Source of the DNA: Candidatus Saccharimonadia bacterium
GTDB taxonomy: Bacteria > Patescibacteriota > Saccharimonadia > UBA4664 > JBBRNT01
Length of the DNA stretch: 64,000 bases
Reading direction: 5' to 3'
Assembly: GCA_038230095.1 (NCBI GenBank)
Contig: JBBRNT010000003.1
Location: forward strand, 9,811-73,810
Shown: piece after piece, positions 9,733-17,097 of the stretch
How the letters are laid out: every line of letters begins with the position of its first letter
Position numbering within the stretch: position 1 is the stretch's first letter
The notes under the pieces: model-generated
Databases searched by the model: none
Seen by the model: only the letters and a program-made list of their open reading frames with translations
Told to the model about the DNA's origin: nothing
Position numbers and translations under genes: made by a program

Positions 9733-9760
9733 TAAGAGCGAAAGCTCCCGCTTGGGGGCT
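9723..9760 (+). terminator. Terminator homologous to 8890-8927
   Basis: Hairpin plus T tract. Confidence 0.7.
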
Positions 9761-9895
9761 TTCTTATGTAGCGGCACCGATGAGGGGTGTCGACAGAAGC
9801 CCTTACGCTTGCAATTCTCGGTGTGCCGTTGCACCATATATCAGTTCAAATGCGTTTGCTGGTGCGCCTCACTAGCCGTACCCAAGGAGAGCACC

Positions 9896-10546
9896 ATGCT
9901 TTCAGATGCCGAGACGGCAAAATTCTCAACCCAGGTGCCGGCGCGAGCTGTTCTGGGTCTGCTGTACAAGTTCACACCGCCAGAGTCGGCGTACAACGAT
10001 ACCATCCGGTTGGTGAAGTTCCTGACTGGTCTGGACGAGCTGCCCGATGATTTGTTTGAGCTCTTTCAGTACGAAGACGCGGAGGTAGACAGGCATCCTC
10101 TCTTGAGGGCCTGTGTAGCGGAGATCCAGCAGCAGCTGGATGAGGACTTCCGAAGAGTAGAGATGCCACGGTCCATCAGTAGCGGTACCAGCGAGGCCTG
10201 GCTGACCTACCAGCTGACGCAGTGTGAGGAAGCGTATGAAGTTATTCCCATGCTGGTCCCTGGTGCGGTCTACGAGCTGTCTGGGCCGACCAACCTGGGC
10301 GTGTCGCCACCGCGCTATGAGCTGGTTGGTCTGGCGCACTACATGACAGACGGAAAGAAGCGGGATGGCACGAAGGTGGTCTGCAGAACCCTGTCTCTCG
10401 GCAGCCTGCTGATCTGGTCGCTGGATGATTTTCTGGGAGAAGTAGCCCCCGTGGTAGACCAGCTGACGAGGGCCCAGAGCGATCCGGCGGCAGATTGGGG
10501 ACCGGTGCGCCGGTTCCACTACATGCTTGAGCAGCCTCGCCACTAA
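9896..10546 (+). CDS. Hypothetical protein, C-terminus DUF1653-like
   Basis: AAGGAG SD; YELVGLAH...VVCR.L...IWSLDDFLGEV...RF pattern. Confidence 0.6.
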   Translation: MLSDAETAKFSTQVPARAVLGLLYKFTPPESAYNDTIRLVKFLTGLDELPDDLFELFQYEDAEVDRHPLLRACVAEIQQQLDEDFRRVEMPRSISSGTSEAWLTYQLTQCEEAYEVIPMLVPGAVYELSGPTNLGVSPPRYELVGLAHYMTDGKKRDGTKVVCRTLSLGSLLIWSLDDFLGEVAPVVDQLTRAQSDPAADWGPVRRFHYMLEQPRH

Positions 10547-10668
10547 GCCAGATGTTCTGGTAGCGCCCCATGAAAATGGGGCGCTTTTCAATTGATAAAA
10601 ACCCGCCCCAGGGTACAGAAAGAATCTGTGAACTGGGGCGGGAGGGGAGAGGAGAGGAGAGGAGAGGC

Positions 10669-11226
10669 CTACCAGACCTTGCCAGGGAGCCAGTAGTTGA
10701 GCCAAGGCCAGAGCTCATTCCAGCGATTCTCCGAGATGTGGAGCGTGGTATTGAGTCCAGGTAGCCCAAGGCCGGTGGAGGTCTCAATGAGCGCCACATT
10801 GGCTTGCTCACGGATGACCAGTACATTGGAGGTATTCCAGGTGGCCTGGTGCACCCAGCGGTGGCTGGCGGCGTCTCGGAACAGGAGACCACCATAGTGG
10901 TCGTGGTCGCGGAGGCAAGGAATGAAGAAGACCAGCCCGCGCTCTAGCGCGATCAGGACGCCAAGAAACTCCTCATGGCCGCTATCACGCCAGTGGGTGG
11001 GGGTGCGGGCTGCGAAGCCGCCTGTGTGGCCATAGAGCACGACACTACTGCGGCCGGACGATTGCGGACTACTTCTAGCCGAGAGGTGGAAGTGCTCAGC
11101 CAGGAAGAGTATGGCTTGGTGAGCCCACTGCAGGTGGTGATCATGGTTCTCGGCGCAGTGTTCGAGCTCCTCGTTACGCAGTGCGAGCAGGGCTTCGTGG
11201 ACGCCGGTGAGATTGAGTTTGGGCAT
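10669..11226 (-). CDS. Hypothetical protein
   Basis: GGAGG SD before ATG 11226. Confidence 0.6.
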   Translation of the reverse strand: MPKLNLTGVHEALLALRNEELEHCAENHDHHLQWAHQAILFLAEHFHLSARSSPQSSGRSSVVLYGHTGGFAARTPTHWRDSGHEEFLGVLIALERGLVFFIPCLRDHDHYGGLLFRDAASHRWVHQATWNTSNVLVIREQANVALIETSTGLGLPGLNTTLHISENRWNELWPWLNYWLPGKVW

Positions 11227-11410
11227 GGTAGCCTCCAGGTGGTCTGAAAGAGCGGGAAACAAAAAACGGTCAGGGCCGCTGGGACAGAGTATAGACGAAT
11301 GTGCGGAAATGAAAAGCTGGCTCTCCTGGGAAGCATTGAATACACAATTTATATTAGTCCTAGTACCGGATAATTCTTGATCGAAGGTGGATTACGGCGT
11401 ATAACAGCTA

Positions 11411-11902
11411 GTGTTCGTGTACCGAGAGAAAGTTGACAGTATGATCATCCTCTTGTTCGACGGGCAGGTCGGAAGCAATCTCCGCTCTGTTGTAATGAAC
11501 GCCCACCCGGCGGGGTCCACGGTCTACTTCGCCCACAGCATGACCGACGCCCGGAATAGCTACATCCAGCTTTATCACAAGCCCAACCTGGTGATTGCGC
11601 ACAGCTCTGTGGAGGCAATGAGTGCACTGGCACAGGGCCTGCGCCAGGATGGCTGCCAGTGTCCCATTCTGGCGCTGGCCGATGATCCTGAAGCTGGCGT
11701 GGGGCTACGAGCGAGCAGTTGTAGCCTTGTGGTGTCCATGGTGGCCTTTATCATGTACTCGTCTCGGTTCTTACGACTGTTTAGGCCGGACCAGACTGTG
11801 GACGACGAGCTTGCCAACAGCCTGTTTTTGCTCAAGATGGATGAAGAGGGTGTGCTGTCGCTGCCCGCGATTGTGAGCCTGCCCCCTACCGTAGGTGAGT
11901 GA
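11411..11902 (+). CDS. Degenerate receiver-domain-like protein
   Basis: IILLFD, KPNLVI, CPILALAD resemble CheY-like strands; alternative start ATG 11441. Confidence 0.45.
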   Translation: MFVYREKVDSMIILLFDGQVGSNLRSVVMNAHPAGSTVYFAHSMTDARNSYIQLYHKPNLVIAHSSVEAMSALAQGLRQDGCQCPILALADDPEAGVGLRASSCSLVVSMVAFIMYSSRFLRLFRPDQTVDDELANSLFLLKMDEEGVLSLPAIVSLPPTVGE

Positions 11903-12032
11903 TGGTGCCATAGGGCTGTGCGTCTCTGCGATAGGCATCCTAGGCTTCGTGTTTGCCAAGCTGTCGCTGCCTTCGGTCAAGGTGTCGGTAGTACTGTCGG
12001 CAGTAGGTCTGGGGTGGCGGTATACCACTTGA
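11895..12032 (+). CDS. Putative 45-aa hydrophobic peptide
   Basis: GTG overlapping upstream stop; MSDGAIGLCVSAIGILGFVFAKLSLPSVKVSVVLSAVGLGWRYTT. Confidence 0.3.
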   Translation: MSDGAIGLCVSAIGILGFVFAKLSLPSVKVSVVLSAVGLGWRYTT

Positions 12033-12112
12033 ATTAGATGTGCCAGACGGCCTAGGACAATTGTTCTGGGCCGTTTTACAATCGGGGTGTCGAGGCAAGG
12101 TATACTAGGACT

Positions 12113-12592
12113 ATGAAATATACTCGGTTGCTGGACAATACATTTGAGCTAAGCCTAATTCTAAAGGGGATTGATGGTGTGCTGGAGCTCGTAGGTGCCG
12201 TGCTGCTCGTGGCATTGCCACCTAGTACTATTAGCAGTGTCGCAAGGTTCGTAACCGAGCACGAGCTGTCGCGTGACTCTCGTGACTGGGTTTCGAGGCA
12301 TATTGTTAGTTTGGCACACCACTTGGCTAGTGGGACAAATTGGTTTGGGTTTGCCTACTTACTATCGCACGGTGTGGTTAAGCTGGTGCTAGTGGTTGCG
12401 CTCCTGCGACACCGGCTCTGGGCCTACCCGTGGATGATGGGTTTTATTGGTATTTTTACGTTGTATCAGGTCTATCGTTTGGGTTATTCCTTCTCTATTG
12501 GGCTATTTGTCCTGACACTTTTTGATCTATTTATTATCTGGCTGACCTGGCTTGAGTATCGAAAGGCTCATGGCTCAGGAGCCGCCGCCTAG
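12113..12592 (+). CDS. DUF2127-family membrane protein
   Basis: LKGIDGVLE, YLLSHG.VK, LWAYP, LT.FD motifs. Confidence 0.85.
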   Translation: MKYTRLLDNTFELSLILKGIDGVLELVGAVLLVALPPSTISSVARFVTEHELSRDSRDWVSRHIVSLAHHLASGTNWFGFAYLLSHGVVKLVLVVALLRHRLWAYPWMMGFIGIFTLYQVYRLGYSFSIGLFVLTLFDLFIIWLTWLEYRKAHGSGAAA

Positions 12593-12793
12593 CTACAGGA
12601 CATTCTGTACCCCAGGTACTAATTTGCCAAATAAAAAGCCCCGTGAAGTACGGGGTGGGGCAGGCGGCTTGGGCGGTGGATGAGATGGAGAGGGTAGGCG
12701 GGATACGTCGGGCAGGAGTGAGCTGAGTGTTTCGGTGAACCACGCACGCTGCGGATGGGATAGGCAGTGTGCGTGGTTCACGCGATGTGGTGG

Positions 12794-12907
12794 CTACTTG
12801 CGCTTGGTGTCGTGCGTCTTGCCGGTCTGACGCTTGGCCGGCTTGGGGGTAGCGCGCGTCGCGCTCTTGGCCTTGGCCTGCTTACTTTTGTTGCTGGGTG
12901 TGCCCAC
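12794..12907 (-). CDS. 37-aa highly basic microprotein (not in ORF track)
   Basis: GAGGAG SD plus GTG; MGTPSNKSKQAKAKSATRATPKPAKRQTGKTHDTKRK; TTGACA upstream. Confidence 0.6.
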   Translation of the reverse strand: MGTPSNKSKQAKAKSATRATPKPAKRQTGKTHDTKRK

Positions 12908-13273
12908 GATGACTCCTCGGTCTCGAGATTGGATGGCTGGACGGGTCTATTATTGGGGCGCAGCTAGGAATTGTCAATTCGAGAAAGTGTTGCGGGGAAA
13001 TGAGCGAGATCTAGGCTGGCAATGCTCATGCTGGCACCGCAGCCAGAAAGTGACCAGAAAAGGGCGGATCTCATAGCGGGATTGTAGCTCGACAATACAG
13101 CTCTGGCCACGGGCCCGTGAAGCGGCTGGTATTCTGGAGCTCCTGGCCAGAATTGATATGGCCTTGCAACTGTTTGGCCATAGGGTCTCGACGTAGTGTC
13201 GAGACCCTTTTCTATTGCATCATAGCCCACTGTGCCTAGACTCCTGTTGCGGTAATGCTATAATACTTGTTAT

Positions 13274-13729
13274 ATGGAGCAACAACGTCAACGTCGCAGC
13301 ATGAGCGACATTCGCCCAGCTCGTCCGATGGACACTATTGTCCGTCCGTCAGCTAAAGCCCGCCCGGCTATGCCGGTTGCTATGCCCGTACCCGCGGTAG
13401 CACCGGCCGTGTCAGAGCCAGTGTACTCCGAGCCTGCCCGCGTAGCAGCTAAGCCGTCGCGTGCTCAGCGCAAGCAAGAGAAGAAGGCCGAGAAGCTATC
13501 TTTGAAGCAGGCTCGTGCCGGACACAGCGACGGCCAGTTTCTGGATAGCGTAGAGCTGCCCCCAGCGCCAGTGGCTATGCCTGCCGAAGATGCGCAAACT
13601 CTGCTAGCTCCTGCCCCCCGCAAACGCAAGAAGAGCCCAGCTATAGCCATTGTTTTGCTCATTCTTATCCCACTGATTGCGGCAGCCGTGGCCTACTACC
13701 TGTTCTTCCTCCGAGTAGTCCCCAGCTAG
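13274..13729 (+). CDS. Pro/Ala-rich protein with C-terminal membrane anchor
   Basis: Low complexity, RKRKK then TM; TATAAT upstream. Confidence 0.7.
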   Translation: MEQQRQRRSMSDIRPARPMDTIVRPSAKARPAMPVAMPVPAVAPAVSEPVYSEPARVAAKPSRAQRKQEKKAEKLSLKQARAGHSDGQFLDSVELPPAPVAMPAEDAQTLLAPAPRKRKKSPAIAIVLLILIPLIAAAVAYYLFFLRVVPS

Positions 13730-13853
13730 TCCTTCAACCATTAGCACAAAGCTACAAAACTAGCTGAGGCTGGGTTGCCTAGTTTGTAATATCGGCTAAT
13801 GTTCCTGCTGGCCTGCGGTCGTATAGTGAGCCTAAGTAACGAGGACATCACTA

Positions 13854-14033
13854 ATGGCCCAGTCACGAATGAACAAAATAAAAGCCCTGCACGGCATGGC
13901 CAACGACACTTCATCTGGAGTTTTCTGGATGAGCCTGGAAGAGGCAAAACTGGCAATCGGGGACAAGTACGAGTTCTTGGCTGATCGCTATGAGCGTCGT
14001 TACCAAAAGCCTGTTGTTAAGCGTAAAGCCTAG
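13854..14033 (+). CDS. 59-aa hypothetical protein (not in ORF track)
   Basis: TATAGT -10, GAGGA SD, ATG, terminator about 14061-14086. Confidence 0.55.
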   Translation: MAQSRMNKIKALHGMANDTSSGVFWMSLEEAKLAIGDKYEFLADRYERRYQKPVVKRKA

Positions 14034-14120
14034 CCACACAGCACAACCACAAGTACGGTCAAAAGCCCCCTAGCCGCGGGGTTTTTGAATTTTTGTCAGC
14101 CCACCTGTTACGGTTATGGC

Positions 14121-14303
14121 TTGACAAGGCAAAACTGGCATAGTATTGTGACTGCCATGAATCGTCCTACTACAACAAGCTGTCCCAAGCATTGGTTTAC
14201 CTACTTTATGCATGCCAAGAGGCAGGCCAGTTTGTTGTTGTCGCAGTAACGTCCTAGACAATTTCGAAACCCCTAGACCTCTCGGCAGCGAGAGGTCTTT
14301 TTT
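14121..14303 (+). promoter_or_regulatory. Promoter, leader ORF (14157-14249) and attenuator-like terminator
   Basis: TTGACA-17-TATTGT; 30-codon ORF; AGACCTCTCG-GCAG-CGAGAGGTCT-TTTTT at 14275-14303. Confidence 0.65.
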
Positions 14304-14331
14304 GTAATAGTAAATAATAAGGAAATACGCC

Positions 14332-14784
14332 ATGACCACCCCTAGTCAGAGTAAACCAACAAAGATAATTGTTTTTGATTTCAACCGTACCCTGTATGAC
14401 CCAGAGGGACATCAGCTGTTTCCTGGTGCCCGCCAGCTGCTTGATCTGGCTGCAGAGCGGGGATACCGGCTAGTCTTGCTCAGCCAGGCGGTGGCCAGCC
14501 GGGCGGAGTTAATCCGCGAGCTAGGACTGGCTAGATACTTTGTGGAGATCCAGCTGGTGGAGCGTAAGGGGATGCAGCTGATAGCTGGCATTACCGAACG
14601 GTACCGGCCCAATCTAACACAGAGCTATGTGGTGGGTGACCGCGCGCTGGGTGAGGTCCGGCTGGGCTACCAGGCGGGTTGGCAGACTATCTGGCTGAAA
14701 GCCGGTCGATTTGCCGATGAGCTCCCAGGGTTTAGCCCAACGCATACGGTCACAAGCCTGTCCGACATTGAAAACCTAATCTAA
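14332..14784 (+). CDS. HAD-superfamily hydrolase
   Basis: IVFDFNRTL motif I variant, K, VVGDR...EV..G..AG. Confidence 0.85.
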   Translation: MTTPSQSKPTKIIVFDFNRTLYDPEGHQLFPGARQLLDLAAERGYRLVLLSQAVASRAELIRELGLARYFVEIQLVERKGMQLIAGITERYRPNLTQSYVVGDRALGEVRLGYQAGWQTIWLKAGRFADELPGFSPTHTVTSLSDIENLI

Positions 14785-14874
14785 GGCCTCCGCTGTGTTT
14801 CATGGCCACCAGCCGGCAGTATTACTGCAGTAGCTGCCGGCAACCGCCATGAAACCACAACCAAAGGGGTAGAA

Positions 14875-16146
14875 GTGACTACATACCAGGAACTAGAGGC
14901 CATTGTCTATGAGACAGGACTCTGGCATGGGGGCCGTCGTGATAGCCACGGCTTCGTACTGTCGCCAGAAGCGTTCGAACTGCCCGCTGCCGATGTGGGC
15001 GAGCTGGATGCTCTGGCCAAGTCCGTCCACAACTGCCTGCTTGGCGTAAGCCGACTTATGGCAATAGCGGCCAATTCGGCGCTGCACGGCTCAAGCGATG
15101 GCTATAGCCAGCTCTACAGGGCACTTACGAAGGGCTCGGCTTACAAGCTGCCGACGGTGCGTCCGGCTAATATCCCCCTGCTCGCCAAGGTGGATCTCAT
15201 GGTAGACCGGCATGGCTGCTACAAGATTGCCGAAATTGATGCAACCAATCCACGGAGCCTCGGGTACTCTGTTCTGGGGCGCAAGCTAGTAAGCCACCTA
15301 ATGCCCAGTAGCCGGCAGCTTCCGGGGGTAGTGGAGTATCTGGCCAACCACCTGCATAGCCAGAAGACGACGGAGATTACCTTCCTGTATGGTGACACTC
15401 AGCGGTTCTATGAGCCCGAGTTTCGAATTCTGGCGCAAGCATTGGCGCTTTGCGGTATTGCCATGAAGGTCATAAACGAGACAGAGGTGGCCGTGAGGGA
15501 CGGTGTTGCGGTGGTGCGCCGTACAGGTGAGCCACTACCGGGCTGGTATATGGATCTGCCACTAATGAACAAGAACCCCGAGTTGATTAAGTGGTTACGG
15601 GAAATGGCCAGCCAATCAGCTATCCAATTCGTAGTACCCCCAAAGCACTTCCTGAGTTCCAAGGCACTACTCGCCATGCTCAGCAACCCGGGAGGTGATC
15701 GGCGACTTGAGGCGTTGCTCGAAACCCAGATTGCAGAAAGTGATCTAGGGCGGGTACGGCAAGCGCTGCCGACAACCTGGCTCATGCATCCGGGGGTGGG
15801 TGAGATAGCGCTCTCGCCTTCGGGGCACGTACTGAAGAGAGTGGTGGCGTCGGGCATGAAGGGTGTGTGGCTCGCCGGTGACCCCGGTTTTGACGAGGCG
15901 CTTCAGGCTTCGACAACCAAGGCCGAGGAGGGGAACTACGTGCTTCAAGCTCGAGTCCTGGGCCGGGAGCTGGCCTGGACTACGCTGTCCGCGCCTGCAC
16001 AAGCCGAACGCCACGCCGACTACCAGTTGCGTCTGACGGCCTATTGCACCCGAGAGGGGCTGAAGGACCTGGCGGTGACAGCCTGTCGAGGTCCCCGAGT
16101 ACACGGCGGTAAGGCTGCCATCCTGACGGGTACGGTGATTGTGTAG
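14875..16146 (+). CDS. ATP-grasp ligase (glutathionylspermidine synthase / circularly permuted type-like)
   Basis: KVDLMVD...KIAEIDATNP..LGY, SKA.LA.L, VLK...SG.KGV, YVLQ. Confidence 0.65.
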   Translation: MTTYQELEAIVYETGLWHGGRRDSHGFVLSPEAFELPAADVGELDALAKSVHNCLLGVSRLMAIAANSALHGSSDGYSQLYRALTKGSAYKLPTVRPANIPLLAKVDLMVDRHGCYKIAEIDATNPRSLGYSVLGRKLVSHLMPSSRQLPGVVEYLANHLHSQKTTEITFLYGDTQRFYEPEFRILAQALALCGIAMKVINETEVAVRDGVAVVRRTGEPLPGWYMDLPLMNKNPELIKWLREMASQSAIQFVVPPKHFLSSKALLAMLSNPGGDRRLEALLETQIAESDLGRVRQALPTTWLMHPGVGEIALSPSGHVLKRVVASGMKGVWLAGDPGFDEALQASTTKAEEGNYVLQARVLGRELAWTTLSAPAQAERHADYQLRLTAYCTREGLKDLAVTACRGPRVHGGKAAILTGTVIV

Positions 16147-16244
16147 AATTTTGACCCCGACTGGGCGCTTGCCTAGTCGGGGTTTTACCTGTAGCTGGAT
16201 TGAACATGCATAGTGCGGTAAAATCAGAGTCGTCGATCGTATCC

Positions 16245-16320
16245 GCCGATGTAGCTCAGTTGGTAGAGCAGTGCTTTCGTAAAGCAAAGGTCAGCGGTTC
16301 AACTCCGCTCATCGGCTCCA
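16245..16320 (+). tRNA. tRNA-Thr(CGT)
   Basis: GCCGATG/CATCGGC stem, TT-CGT-AA loop, CCA. Confidence 0.96.
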
Positions 16321-16394
16321 GCGGGTATAGTTTAGTGGTAGAACGCGACCTTCCCAAGGTTGAGATGCGGGTCCGATTCCCGCTACCCGCTCCA
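16321..16394 (+). tRNA. tRNA-Gly(CCC)
   Basis: GCGGGTA/TACCCGC stem, TT-CCC-AA loop, CCA; terminator about 16395-16432. Confidence 0.95.
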
Positions 16395-16698
16395 AAACAA
16401 ATGGCTCACCTCCGGGTGAGCCATTTGTTTTGGTAAGACTTATGAATTGTGGATATTTGACCGCTTTATTCATGACTTTGGAATTAACGTGATTAAAATA
16501 TGTAGATATATTTCTGGCATTATGGGCGGCGTAGTCAGATGCCATTATATGAAACACTGCGGTGCTAAACCTGTTGAGACTGAACACATGGATTGTTCGA
16601 GTAACCTATTTTGACAATTGAGGCCTGTAAAGCACTCACTGGTGCTGGGTGCGCTGGCATTACCCAGCAGGAATGCGCCGTTCTGGTATAATAAGTGC

Positions 16699-17097
16699 AT
16701 GAAGCGCTTATCGCTCGCCACTTGGCGCCACAATCTAGGCGGAGGGTTTACCAGGCTGTTTAAACAACGGCTATTTAGTGACCGGCTGTCCCTCGGGGTG
16801 CTTGTCTCTAGCACTGTGCTAGTAGCGGTGAATATTGTAATCCTAGCCGCCAAGGTCCACCCCACCGACTACCAGGTGCCAGTCCAGTACAGTAGCCTCT
16901 CTGGCTCTGTGCTTGGCTCCTGGTATGAGCTCTATAAGATTGGTATTTTCAGTTTTGTCATATTGGTGGCCAATACGTTGCTGGCGCTGAAGAGCTTTAG
17001 TCGTAGCCGCATTACCAGCTTTTTTCTTCTGGGGAGTACGTTTGTGGTAAATCTACTATGCCTCTGCATAAGCCTGGCCTTCGCGAGGTACCTGTAA
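16699..17097 (+). CDS. Hypothetical membrane protein
   Basis: Three TMs, VPVQYS..G...G.W; TATAAT 6 nt before ATG. Confidence 0.65.
   Translation: MKRLSLATWRHNLGGGFTRLFKQRLFSDRLSLGVLVSSTVLVAVNIVILAAKVHPTDYQVPVQYSSLSGSVLGSWYELYKIGIFSFVILVANTLLALKSFSRSRITSFFLLGSTFVVNLLCLCISLAFARYL

Noticed and set aside
128-12090. Similar hairpins at about 128-170 and 12047-12090 as island borders
   Set aside because: Similarity is confined to short terminator-like stems plus TTTACAAT; too weak to call att sites.
12767-13230. Track ORFs 12767-12967, 12834-13076 and 12964-13230
   Set aside because: No start signals; better explained as shadows of the basic microprotein and intergenic DNA.
16200-16436. ORFs overlapping RNA genes (also 30278-30556, 41819-42128, 43643-43995)
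   Set aside because: They overlap tRNAs, the 6S-like RNA or RNase P RNA; shadow ORFs.
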